A stretch of DNA of 64,000 nucleotides from the NCBI GenBank assembly GCA_040954595.2, contig CM082588.2:11855398-11919397 (forward strand), given 5' to 3'. The notes beneath the pieces were generated by a model. It searched no databases, was not told the DNA's origin, and saw only the letters and a list, made by a program, of their open reading frames with translations. The stretch is from Balanoglossus misakiensis (lineage: Eukaryota; Animalia; Hemichordata). Of the stretch, positions 1-13,700 are shown piece by piece. Numbering within the stretch: position 1 is the first letter of the stretch; every line of letters begins with the position of its first letter. Position numbers and translations under genes: made by a program.

Positions 1-23
1 GCTCTCCAATGGCACGTAAGATT

Positions 24-295
24 CTAGAATAGGCAAATTTGCAATTACACTCACTCGCATGAATGAATGCTGGCATCTGTGGTGGGCGGCGTGGAACTTT
101 ACTTGGTGGCGTGCCGGGAAGGAAGGTGCTCTCCTCAGCTCAACTGCCACCAATAAACTGGCCCACAGCAGATGAGTTCATTTCAACAGGTGCCAAGCTC
201 TTCGGCTAGAATAGATAAAATATATTGATGCCGCAATGAATGAATGAAAACAGTATGAATGACCAGTCAATGGAGCTCTCCAATGGCACGTAAGA
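24..295. repeat. Representative module A (272 bp)
   Basis: Runs CTAGAATAGGCAAATTTGC...CAATGGAGCTCTCCAATGGCACGTAAGA. The minus strand reads 5'-TC...CTAG-3'. Contains ATGAATGAATG twice and a GC-rich internal inverted repeat. Confidence 0.95.
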
Positions 296-1574
296 ATTCT
301 AGAATAGGCAAATTTGCAATTACACTCACTCGCATGAATGAATGCTGGCATCTGTGGTGGGCGGCGTGGAACTTTACTTGGTGGCGTGCCGGGAAGGAAG
401 GTGCTCTCCTCAGCTCAACTGCCACCAATAAACTGGCCCACAGCAGATGAGTTCATTTCAACAGGTGCCAAGCTCTTTGGCTAGAATAGATAAAATATAT
501 TGATGCCGCAATGAATGAATGAAAACAGTATGAATGACCAGTCAATGGAGCTCTCCAATGGCACGTAAGATCTGTCTTGAAATTGCAGAAAGTACTCTAA
601 TTTGAAACAGGGTTAAAGACCATACAACACACCCAGCAGTGAGGGCGCTTTAGTGCATGTACACAATTAATAATTGATGCAGGACGGCTTGCCAATTAAA
701 TGTCTATTTTACAGAAAATATAAGGTACTTTCTCCATTTCCATTACAGAATTCTAGAATAGGCAAATTTGCAATTACACTCACTCGCATGAATGAATGCT
801 GGCATCTGTGGTGGGCGGCGTGGAACTTTACTTGGTGGCGTGCCGGGAAGGAAGGTGCTCTCCTCAGCTCAACTGCCACCAATAAACTGGCCCACAGCAG
901 ATGAGTTCATTTCAACAGGTGCCAAGCTCTTTGGCTAGAATAGATAAAATATATTGATGCCGCAATGAATGAATGAAAACAGTATGAATGACCAGTCAAT
1001 GGAGCTCTCCAATGGCACGTAAGATTCTAGAATAGGCAAATTTGCAATTACACTCACTCGCATGAATGAATGCTGGCATCTGTGGTGGGCGGCGTGGAAC
1101 TTTACTTGGTGGCGTGCCGGGAAGGAAGGTGCTCTCCTCAGCTCAACTGCCACCAATAAACTGGCCCACAGCAGATGAGTTCATTTCAACAGGTGCCAAG
1201 CTCTTCGGCTAGAATAGATAAAATATATTGATGCCGCAATGAATGAATGAAAACAGTATGAATGACCAGTCAATGGAGCTCTCCAATGGCACGTAAGATT
1301 CTAGAATAGGCAAATTTGCAATTACACTCACTCGCATGAATGAATGCTGGCATCTGTGGTGGGCGGCGTGGAACTTTACTTGGTGGCGTGCCGGGAAAGA
1401 AGGTGCTCTCCTCAGCTCAACTGCCACCAATAAACTGGCCCACAGCAGATGAGTTCATTTCAACAGGTGCCAAGCTCTTTGGCTAGAATAGATAAAATAT
1501 ATTGATGCCGCAATGAATGAATGAAAACAGTATGAATGACCAGTCAATGGAGCTCTCCAATGGCACGTAAGATC

Positions 1575-1749
1575 TGTCTTGAAATTGCAGAAAGTACTCT
1601 AATTTGAAACAGGGTTAAAGACCATACAACACACCCAGCAGTGAGGGCGCTTTAGTGCATGTACACAATTAATAATTGATGCAGGACGGCTTGCCAATTA
1701 AATGTCTATTTTACAGAAAATATAAGGTACTTTCTCCATTTCCATTACA
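1575..1749. mobile_element. Representative module B core: 175-bp MITE-like element with TGT...ACA termini and flanking GATC direct repeat (Ginger-like non-autonomous element is a possibility)
   Basis: Reads gtaa-GATC-TGTCTTGAAATTGCAGAAAGTAC...GTACTTTCTCCATTTCCATTACA-GATC-tag. The left 23 nt match the reverse complement of the right 23 nt at 18/23. No ORF. Superfamily assignment is inference from the termini and the 4-bp flank only. Confidence 0.6.
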
Positions 1750-4700
1750 GATCTAGAATAGGCAAATTTGCAATTACACTCACTCGCATGAATGAATGCT
1801 GGCATCTGTGGTGGGCGGCGTGGAACTTTACTTGGTGGCGTGCCGGGAAGGAAGGTGCTCTCCTCAGCTCAACTGCCACCAATAAACTGGCCCACAGCAG
1901 ATGAGTTCATTTCAACAGGTGCCAAGCTCTTTGGCTAGAATAGATAAAATATATTGATGCCGCAATGAATGAATGAAAACAGTATGAATGACCAGTCAAT
2001 GGAGCTCTCCAATGGCACGTAAGAATTCTAGAATAGGCAAATTTGCAATTACACTCACTCGCATGAATGAATGCTGGCATCTGTGGTGGGCGGCGTGGAA
2101 CTTTACTTGGTGGCGTGCCGGGAAGGAAGGTGCTCTCCTCAGCTCAACTGCCACCAATAAACTGGCCCACAGCAGATGAGTTCATTTCAACAGGTGCCAA
2201 GCTCTTTGGCTAGAATAGATAAAATATATTGATGCCGCAATGAATGAATGAAAACAGTATGAATGACCAGTCAATGGAGCTCTCCAATGGCACGTAAGAA
2301 TTCTAGAATAGGCAAATTTGCAATTACACTCACTCGCATGAATGAATGCTGGCATCTGTGGTGGGCGGCGTGGAACTTTACTTGGTGGCGTGCCGGGAAG
2401 GAAGGTGCTCTCCTCAGCTCAACTGCCACCAATAAACTGGCCCACAGCAGATGAGTTCATTTCAACAGGTGCCAAGCTCTTTGGCTAGAATAGATAAAAT
2501 ATATTGATGCCGCAATGAATGAATGAAAACAGTATGAATGACCAGTCAATGGAGCTCTCCAATGGCACGTAAGAATTCTAGAATAGGCAAATTTGCAATT
2601 ACACTCACTCGCATGAATGAATGCTGGCATCTGTGGTGGGCGGCGTGGAACTTTACTTGGTGGCGTGCCGGGAAGGAAGGTGCTCTCCTCAGCTCAACTG
2701 CCACCAATAAACTGGCCCACAGCAGATGAGTTCATTTCAACAGGTGCCAAGCTCTTTGGCTAGAATAGATAAAATATATTGATGCCGCAATGAATGAATG
2801 AAAACAGTATGAATGACCAGTCAATGGAGCTCTCCAATGGCACGTAAGATTCTAGAATAGGCAAATTTGCAATTACACTCACTCGCATGAATGAATGCTG
2901 GCATCTGTGGTGGGCGGCGTGGAACTTTACTTGGTGGCGTGCCGGGAAGGAAGGTGCTCTCCTCAGCTCAACTGCCACCAATAAACTGGCCCACAGCAGA
3001 TGAGTTCATTTCAACAGGTGCCAAGCTCTTCGGCTAGAATAGATAAAATATATTGATGCCGCAATGAATGAATGAAAACAGTATGAATGACCAGTCAATG
3101 GAGCTCTCCAATGGCACGTAAGATTCTAGAATAGGCAAATTTGCAATTACACTCACTCGCATGAATGAATGCTGGCATCTGTGGTGGGCGGCGTGGAACT
3201 TTACTTGGTGGCGTGCCGGGAAAGAAGGTGCTCTCCTCAGCTCAACTGCCACCAATAAACTGGCCCACAGCAGATGAGTTCATTTCAACAGGTGCCAAGC
3301 TCTTTGGCTAGAATAGATAAAATATATTGATGCCGCAATGAATGAATGAAAACAGTATGAATGACCAGTCAATGGAGCTCTCCAATGGCACGTAATTCTA
3401 GAATAGGCAAATTTGCAATTACACTCACTCGCATGAAAGAATGCTGGCATCTGTGGTGGGCGGCGTGGAACTTTACTTGGTGGCGTGCCGGGAAGGAAGG
3501 TGCTCTCCTCAGCTCAACTGCCACCAATAAACTGGCCCACAGCAGATGAGTTCATTTCAACAGGTGCCAAGCTCTTTGGCTAGAATAGATAAAATATATT
3601 GATGCCGCAATGAATGAATGAAAACAGTATGAATGACCAGTCAATGGAGCTCTCCAATGGCACGTAAGATCTGTCTTGAAATTGCAGAAAGTACTCTAAT
3701 TTGAAACAGGGTTAAAGACCATACAACACACCCAGCAGTGAGGGCGCTTTAGTGCATGTACACAATTAATAATTGATGCAGGACGGCTTGCCAATTAAAT
3801 GTCTATTTTACAGAAAATATAAGGTACTTTCTCCATTTCCATTACAGATCTAGAATAGGCAAATTTGCAATTACACTCACTCGCATGAATGAATGCTGGC
3901 ATCTGTGGTGGGCGGCGTGGAACTTTACTTGGTGGCGTGCCGGGAAGGAAGGTGCTCTCCTCAGCTCAACTGCCACCAATAAACTGGCCCACAGCAGATG
4001 AGTTCATTTCAACAGGTGCCAAGCTCTTTGGCTAGAATAGATAAAATATATTGATGCCGCAATGAATGAATGAAAACAGTATGAATGACCAGTCAATGGA
4101 GCTCTCCAATGGCACGTAAGATTCTAGAATAGGCAAATTTGCAATTACACTCACTCGCATGAATGAATGCTGGCATCTGTGGTGGGCGGCGTGGAACTTT
4201 ACTTGGTGGCGTGCCGGGAAGGAAGGTGCTCTCCTCAGCTCAACTGCCACCAATAAACTGGCCCACAGCAGATGAGTTCATTTCAACAGGTGCCAAGCTC
4301 TTCGGCTAGAATAGATAAAATATATTGATGCCGCAATGAATGAATGAAAACAGTATGAATGACCAGTCAATGGAGCTCTCCAATGGCACGTAAGATTCTA
4401 GAATAGGCAAATTTGCAATTACACTCACTCGCATGAATGAATGCTGGCATCTGTGGTGGGCGGCGTGGAACTTTACTTGGTGGCGTGCCGGGAAAGAAGG
4501 TGCTCTCCTCAGCTCAACTGCCACCAATAAACTGGCCCACAGCAGATGAGTTCATTTCAACAGGTGCCAAGCTCTTTGGCTAGAATAGATAAAATATATT
4601 GATGCCGCAATGAATGAATGAAAACAGTATGAATGACCAGTCAATGGAGCTCTCCAATGGCACGTAAGATCTGTCTTGAAATTGCAGAAAGTACTCTAAT

Positions 4701-7700
4701 TTGAAACAGGGTTAAAGACCATACAACACACCCAGCAGTGAGGGCGCTTTAGTGCATGTACACAATTAATAATTGATGCAGGACGGCTTGCCAATTAAAT
4801 GTCTATTTTACAGAAAATATAAGGTACTTTCTCCATTTCCATTACAGATCTAGAATAGGCAAATTTGCAATTACACTCACTCGCATGAATGAATGCTGGC
4901 ATCTGTGGTGGGCGGCGTGGAACTTTACTTGGTGGCGTGCCGGGAAGGAAGGTGCTCTCCTCAGCTCAACTGCCACCAATAAACTGGCCCACAGCAGATG
5001 AGTTCATTTCAACAGGTGCCAAGCTCTTTGGCTAGAATAGATAAAATATATTGATGCCGCAATGAATGAATGAAAACAGTATGAATGACCAGTCAATGGA
5101 GCACTCCAATGGCACGTAAGATCTGTCTTGAAATTGCAGAAAGTACTCTAATTTGAAACAGGGTTAAAGACCATACAACACACCCAGCAGTGAGGGCGCT
5201 TTAGTGCATGTACACAATTAATAATTGATGCAGGACGGCTTGCCAATTAAATGTCTATTTTACAGAAAATATAAGGTACTTTCTCCATTTCCATTACAGA
5301 TCTAGAATAGGCAAATTTGCAATTACACTCACTCGCATGAATGAATGCTGGCATCTGTGGTGGGCGGCGTGGAACTTTACTTGGTGGCGTGCCGGGAAGG
5401 AAGGTGCTCTCCTCAGCTCAACTGCCACCAATAAACTGGCCCACAGCAGATGAGTTCATTTCAACAGGTGCCAAGCTCTTTGGCTAGAATAGATAAAATA
5501 TATTGATGCCGCAATGAATGAATGAAAACAGTATGAATGACCAGTCAATGGAGCTCTCCAATGGCACGTAAGATCTGTCTTGAAATTGCAGAAAGTACTC
5601 TAATTTGAAACAGGGTTAAAGACCATACAACACACCCAGCAGTGAGGGCGCTTTAGTGCATGTACACAATTAATAATTGATGCAGGACGGCTTGCCAATT
5701 AAATGTCTATTTTACAGAAAATATAAGGTACTTTCTCCATTTCCATTACAGATCTAGAATAGGCAAATTTGCAATTACACTCACTCGCATGAATGAATGC
5801 TGGCATCTGTGGTGGGCGGCGTGGAACTTTACTTGGTGGCGTGCCGGGAAGGAAGGTGCTCTCCTCAGCTCAACTGCCACCAATAAACTGGCCCACAGCA
5901 GATGAGTTCATTTCAACAGGTGCCAAGCTCTTTGGCTAGAATAGATAAAATATATTGATGCCGCAATGAATGAATGAAAACAGTATGAATGACCAGTCAA
6001 TGGAGCTCTCCAATGGCACGTAAGATTCTAGAATAGGCAAATTTGCAATTACACTCACTCGCATGAATGAATGCTGGCATCTGTGGTGGGCGGCGTGGAA
6101 CTTTACTTGGTGGCGTGCCGGGAAGGAAGGTGCTCTCCTCAGCTCAACTGCCACCAATAAACTGGCCCACAGCAGATGAGTTCATTTCAACAGGTGCCAA
6201 GCTCTTCGGCTAGAATAGATAAAATATATTGATGCCGCAATGAATGAATGAAAACAGTATGAATGACCAGTCAATGGAGCTCTCCAATGGCACGTAAGAT
6301 TCTAGAATAGGCAAATTTGCAATTACACTCACTCGCATGAATGAATGCTGGCATCTGTGGTGGGCGGCGTGGAACTTTACTTGGTGGCGTGCCGGGAAAG
6401 AAGGTGCTCTCCTCAGCTCAACTGCCACCAATAAACTGGCCCACAGCAGATGAGTTCATTTCAACAGGTGCCAAGCTCTTTGGCTAGAATAGATAAAATA
6501 TATTGATGCCGCAATGAATGAATGAAAACAGTATGAATGACCAGTCAATGGAGCTCTCCAATGGCACGTAAGATCTGTCTTGAAATTGCAGAAAGTACTC
6601 TAATTTGAAACAGGGTTAAAGACCATACAACACACCCAGCAGTGAGGGCGCTTTAGTGCATGTACACAATTAATAATTGATGCAGGACGGCTTGCCAATT
6701 AAATGTCTATTTTACAGAAAATATAAGGTACTTTCTCCATTTCCATTACAGATCTAGAATAGGCAAATTTGCAATTACACTCACTCGCATGAATGAATGC
6801 TGGCATCTGTGGTGGGCGGCGTGGAACTTTACTTGGTGGCGTGCCAGGAAGGAAGGTGCTCTCCTCAGCTCAACTGCCACCAATAAACTGGCCCACAGCA
6901 GATGAGTTCATTTCAACAGGTGCCAAGCTCTTTGGCTAGAATAGATAAAATATATTGATGCCGCAATGAATGAATGAAAACAGTATGAATGACCAGTCAA
7001 TGGAGCTCTCCAATGGCACGTAAGATCTGTCTTGAAATTGCAGAAAGTACTCTAATTTGAAACAGGGTTAAAGACCATACAACACACCCAGCAGTGAGGG
7101 CGCTTTAGTGCATGTACACAATTAATAATTGATGCAGGACGGCTTGCCAATTAAATGTCTATTTTACAGAAAATATAAGGTACTTTCTCCATTTCCATTA
7201 CAGATCTAGAATAGGCAAATTTGCAATTACACTCACTCGCATGAATGAATGCTGGCATCTGTGGTGGGCGGCGTGGAACTTTACTTGGTGGCGTGCCGGG
7301 AAGGAAGGTGCTCTCCTCAGCTCAACTGCCACCAATAAACTGGCCCACAGCAGATGAGTTCATTTCAACAGGTGCCAAGCTCTTTGGCTAGAATAGATAA
7401 AATATATTGATGCCGCAATGAATGAATGAAAACAGTATGAATGACCAGTCAATGGAGCTCTCCAATGGCACGTAAGATCTGTCTTGAAATTGCAGAAAGT
7501 ACTCTAATTTGAAACAGGGTTAAAGACCATACAACACACCCAGCAGTGAGGGCGCTTTAGTGCATGTACACAATTAATAATTGATGCAGGACGGCTTGCC
7601 AATTAAATGTCTATTTTACAGAAAATATAAGGTACTTTCTCCATTTCCATTACAGATCTAGAATAGGCAAATTTGCAATTACACTCACTCGCATGAATGA

Positions 7701-10700
7701 ATGCTGGCATCTGTGGTGGGCGGCGTGGAACTTTACTTGGTGGCGTGCCGGGAAGGAAGGTGCTCTCCTCAGCTCAACTGCCACCAATAAACTGGCCCAC
7801 AGCAGATGAGTTCATTTCAACAGGTGCCAAGCTCTTTGGCTAGAATAGATAAAATATATTGATGCCGCAATGAATGAATGAAAACAGTATGAATGACCAG
7901 TCAATGGAGCTCTCCAATGGCACGTAAGATTCTAGAATAGGCAAATTTGCAATTACACTCACTCGCATGAATGAATGCTGGCATCTGTGGTGGGCGGCGT
8001 GGAACTTTACTTGGTGGCGTGCCGGGAAGGAAGGTGCTCTCCTCAGCTCAACTGCCACCAATAAACTGGCCCACAGCAGATGAGTTCATTTCAACAGGTG
8101 CCAAGCTCTTCGGCTAGAATAGATAAAATATATTGATGCCGCAATGAATGAATGAAAACAGTATGAATGACCAGTCAATGGAGCTCTCCAATGGCACGTA
8201 AGATTCTAGAATAGGCAAATTTGCAATTACACTCACTCGCATGAATGAATGCTGGCATCTGTGGTGGGCGGCGTGGAACTTTACTTGGTGGCGTGCCGGG
8301 AAAGAAGGTGCTCTCCTCAGCTCAACTGCCACCAATAAACTGGCCCACAGCAGATGAGTTCATTTCAACAGGTGCCAAGCTCTTTGGCTAGAATAGATAA
8401 AATATATTGATGCCGCAATGAATGAATGAAAACAGTATGAATGACCAGTCAATGGAGCTCTCCAATGGCACGTAAGATCTGTCTTGAAATTGCAGAAAGT
8501 ACTCTAATTTGAAACAGGGTTAAAGACCATACAACACACCCAGCAGTGAGGGCGCTTTAGTGCATGTACACAATTAATAATTGATGCAGGACGGCTTGCC
8601 AATTAAATGTCTATTTTACAGAAAATATAAGGTACTTTCTCCATTTCCATTACAGATCTAGAATAGGCAAATTTGCAATTACACTCACTCGCATGAATGA
8701 ATGCTGGCATCTGTGGTGGGCGGCGTGGAACTTTACTTGGTGGCGTGCCGGGAAGGAAGGTGCTCTCCTCAGCTCAACTGCCACCAATAAACTGGCCAAC
8801 AGCAGATGAGTTCATTTCAACAGGTGCCAAGCTCTTTGGCTAGAATAGATAAAATATATTGATGCCGCAATGAATGAATGAAAACAGTATGAATGACCAG
8901 TCAAAGGAGCTCTCCAATGGCACGTAAGAATTTCTAGAATAGGCAAATTTGCAATTACACTCACTCGCATGAATGAATGCTGGCATCTGTGGTGGGCGGC
9001 GTGGAACTTTACTTGGTGGCGTGCCGGGAAGGAAGGTGCTCTCCTCAGCTCAACTGCCACCAATAAACTGGCCCACAGCAGATGAGTTCATTTCAACAGG
9101 TGCCAAGCTCTTTGGCTAGAATAGATAAAATATATTGATGCCGCAATGAATGAATGAAAACAGTATGAATGACCAGTCAATGGAGCTCTCCAATGGCACG
9201 TAAGATTCTAGAATAGGCAAATTTGCAATTACACTCACTCGCATGAATGAATGCTGGCATCTGTGGTGGGCGGCGTGGAACTTTACTTGGTGGCGTGCCG
9301 GGAAGGAAGGTGCTCTCCTCAGCTCAACTGCCACCAATAAACTGGCCCACAGCAGATGAGTTCATTTCAACAGGTGCCAAGCTCTTTGGCTAGAATAGAT
9401 AAAATATATTGATGCCGCAATGAATGAATGAAAACAGTATGAATGACCAGTCAATGGAGCTCTCCAATGGCACGTAAGAATTCTAGAATAGGCAAATTTG
9501 CAATTACACTCACTCGCATGAATGAATGCTGGCATCTGTGGTGGGCGGCGTGGAACTTTACTTGGTGGCGTGCCGGGAAGGAAGGTGCTCTCCTCAGCTC
9601 AACTGCCACCAATAAACTGGCCCACAGCAGATGAGTTCATTTCAACAGGTGCCAAGCTCTTTGGCTAGAATAGATAAAATATATTGATGCCGCAATGAAT
9701 GAATGAAAACAGTATGAATGACCAGTCAATGGAGCTCTCCAATGGCACGTAAGATCTGTCTTGAAATTGCAGAAAGTACTCTAATTTGAAACAGGGTTAA
9801 AGACCATACAACACACCCAGCAGTGAGGGCGCTTTAGTGCATGTACACAATTAATAATTGATGCAGGACGGCTTGCCAATTAAATGTCTATTTTACAGAA
9901 AATATAAGGTACTTTCTCCATTTCCATTACAGAATTCTAGAATAGGCAAATTTGCAATTACACTCACTCGCATGAATGAATGCTGGCATCTGTGGTGGGC
10001 GGCGTGGAACTTTACTTGGTGGCGTGCCGGGAAGGAAGGTGCTCTCCTCAGCTCAACTGCCACCAATAAACTGGCCCACAGCAGATGAGTTCATTTCAAC
10101 AGGTGCCAAGCTCTTTGGCTAGAATAGATAAAATATATTGATGCCGCAATGAATGAATGAAAACAGTATGAATGACCAGTCAATGGAGCTCTCCAATGGC
10201 ACGTAAGATTCTAGAATAGGCAAATTTGCAATTACACTCACTCGCATGAATGAATGCTGGCATCTGTGGTGGGCGGCGTGGAACTTTACTTGGTGGCGTG
10301 CCGGGAAGGAAGGTGCTCTCCTCAGCTCAACTGCCACCAATAAACTGGCCCACAGCAGATGAGTTCATTTCAACAGGTGCCAAGCTCTTCGGCTAGAATA
10401 GATAAAATATATTGATGCCGCAATGAATGAATGAAAACAGTATGAATGACCAGTCAATGGAGCTCTCCAATGGCACGTAAGATTCTAGAATAGGCAAATT
10501 TGCAATTACACTCACTCGCATGAATGAATGCTGGCATCTGTGGTGGGCGGCGTGGAACTTTACTTGGTGGCGTGCCGGGAAAGAAGGTGCTCTCCTCAGC
10601 TCAACTGCCACCAATAAACTGGCCCACAGCAGATGAGTTCATTTCAACAGGTGCCAAGCTCTTTGGCTAGAATAGATAAAATATATTGATGCCGCAATGA

Positions 10701-13700
10701 ATGAATGAAAACAGTATGAATGACCAGTCAATGGAGCTCTCCAATGGCACGTAAGATCTGTCTTGAAATTGCAGAAAGTACTCTAATTTGAAACAGGGTT
10801 AAAGACCATACAACACACCCAGCAGTGAGGGCGCTTTAGTGCATGTACACAATTAATAATTGATGCAGGACGGCTTGCCAATTAAATGTCTATTTTACAG
10901 AAAATATAAGGTACTTTCTCCATTTCCATTACAGATCTAGAATAGGCAAATTTGCAATTACACTCACTCGCATGAATGAATGCTGGCATCTGTGGTGGGC
11001 GGCGTGGAACTTTACTTGGTGGCGTGCCGGGAAGGAAGGTGCTCTCCTCAGCTCAACTGCCACCAATAAACTGGCCCACAGCAGATGAGTTCATTTCAAC
11101 AGGTGCCAAGCTCTTTGGCTAGAATAGATAAAATATATTGATGCCGCAATGAATGAATGAAAACAGTATGAATGACCAGTCAATGGAGCTCTCCAATGGC
11201 ACGTAAGAATTCTAGAATAGGCAAATTTGCAATTACACTCACTCGCATGAATGAATGCTGGCATCTGTGGTGGGCGGCGTGGAACTTTACTTGGTGGCGT
11301 GCCGGGAAGGAAGGTGCTCTCCTCAGCTCAACTGCCACCAATAAACTGGCCCACAGCAGATGAGTTCATTTCAACAGGTGCCAAGCTCTTTGGCTAGAAT
11401 AGATAAAATATATTGATGCCGCAATGAATGAATGAAAACAGTATGAATGACCAGTCAATGGAGCTCTCCAATGGCACGTAAGAATTCTAGAATAGGCAAA
11501 TTTGCAATTACACTCACTCGCATGAATGAATGCTGGCATCTGTGGTGGGCGGCGTGGAACTTTACTTGGTGGCGTGCCGGGAAGGAAGGTGCTCTCCTCA
11601 GCTCAACTGCCACCAATAAACTGGCCCACAGCAGATGAGTTCATTTCAACAGGTGCCAAGCTCTTTGGCTAGAATAGATAAAATATATTGATGCCGCAAT
11701 GAATGAATGAAAACAGTATGAATGACCAGTCAATGGAGCTCTCCAATGGCACGTAAGAATTCTAGAATAGGCAAATTTGCAATTACACTCACTCGCATGA
11801 ATGAATGCTGGCATCTGTGGTGGGCGGCGTGGAACTTTACTTGGTGGCGTGCCGGGAAGGAAGGTGCTCTCCTCAGCTCAACTGCCACCAATAAACTGGC
11901 CCACAGCAGATGAGTTCATTTCAACAGGTGCCAAGCTCTTTGGCTAGAATAGATAAAATATATTGATGCCGCAATGAATGAATGAAAACAGTATGAATGA
12001 CCAGTCAATGGAGCTCTCCAATGGCACGTAAGATTCTAGAATAGGCAAATTTGCAATTACACTCACTCGCATGAATGAATGCTGGCATCTGTGGTGGGCG
12101 GCGTGGAACTTTACTTGGTGGCGTGCCGGGAAGGAAGGTGCTCTCCTCAGCTCAACTGCCACCAATAAACTGGCCCACAGCAGATGAGTTCATTTCAACA
12201 GGTGCCAAGCTCTTCGGCTAGAATAGATAAAATATATTGATGCCGCAATGAATGAATGAAAACAGTATGAATGACCAGTCAATGGAGCTCTCCAATGGCA
12301 CGTAAGATTCTAGAATAGGCAAATTTGCAATTACACTCACTCGCATGAATGAATGCTGGCATCTGTGGTGGGCGGCGTGGAACTTTACTTGGTGGCGTGC
12401 CGGGAAAGAAGGTGCTCTCCTCAGCTCAACTGCCACCAATAAACTGGCCCACAGCAGATGAGTTCATTTCAACAGGTGCCAAGCTCTTTGGCTAGAATAG
12501 ATAAAATATATTGATGCCGCAATGAATGAATGAAAACAGTATGAATGACCAGTCAATGGAGCTCTCCAATGGCACGTAAGAATTCTAGAATAGGCAAATT
12601 TGCAATTACACTCACTCGCATGAATGAATGCTGGCATCTGTGGTGGGCGGCGTGGAACTTTACTTGGTGGCGTGCCGGGAAGGAAGGTGCTCTCCTCAGC
12701 TCAACTGCCACCAATAAACTGGCCCACAGCAGATGAGTTCATTTCAACAGGTGCCAAGCTCTTTGGCTAGAATAGATAAAATATATTGATGCCGCAATGA
12801 ATGAATGAAAACAGTATGAATGACCAGTCAATGGAGCTCTCCAATGGCACGTAAGATTCTAGAATAGGCAAATTTGCAATTACACTCACTCGCATGAATG
12901 AATGCTGGCATCTGTGGTGGGCGGCGTGGAACTTTACTTGGTGGCGTGCCGGGAAAGAAGGTGCTCTCCTCAGCTCAACTGCCACCAATAAACTGGCCCA
13001 CAGCAGATGAGTTCATTTCAACAGGTGCCAAGCTCTTTGGCTAGAATAGATAAAATATATTGATGCCGCAATGAATGAATGAAAACAGTATGAATGACCA
13101 GTCAATGGAGCTCTCCAATGGCACGTAAGATCTGTCTTGAAATTGCAGAAAGTACTCTAATTTGAAACAGGGTTAAAGACCATACAACACACCCAGCAGT
13201 GAGGGCGCTTTAGTGCATGTACACAATTAATAATTGATGCAGGACGGCTTGCCAATTAAATGTCTATTTTACAGAAAATATAAGGTACTTTCTCCATTTC
13301 CATTACAGATCTAGAATAGGCAAATTTGCAATTACACTCACTCGCATGAATGAATGCTGGCATCTGTGGTGGGCGGCGTGGAACTTTACTTGGTGGCGTG
13401 CCGGGAAGGAAGGTGCTCTCCTCAGCTCAACTGCCACCAATAAACTGGCCCACAGCAGATGAGTTCATTTCAACAGGTGCCAAGCTCTTCGGCTAGAATA
13501 GATAAAATATATTGATGCCGCAATGAATGAATGAAAACAGTATGAATGACCAGTCAATGGAGCTCTCCAATGGCACGTAAGATTCTAGAATAGGCAAATT
13601 TGCAATTACACTCACTCGCATGAATGAATGCTGGCATCTGTGGTGGGCGGCGTGGAACTTTACTTGGTGGCGTGCCGGGAAGGAAGGTGCTCTCCTCAGC

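Noticed and set aside
108-132. SRP RNA helix-8-like GCCGGGAAGGAAGGTGC
   Set aside because: Superficial similarity to CCGGAAGGAAGCAGC only. The conserved CAGG/AGCA internal loop and the rest of the SRP fold are missing.
540-620. Spliced-leader RNA gene array (GTAAGA donor plus AATTTGA Sm-like site)
   Set aside because: The upstream sequence matches no SL exon I recognise, the Sm-like site is weak, and it is absent from the ~60% of monomers that lack B.
1575-1749. B as a solo LTR with A as internal region (TRIM-like tandem)
   Set aside because: TG...CA ends fit, but there is no recognisable primer-binding site or polypurine tract next to B. A-A joints without B are the majority, and the long TIRs favour a DNA element.
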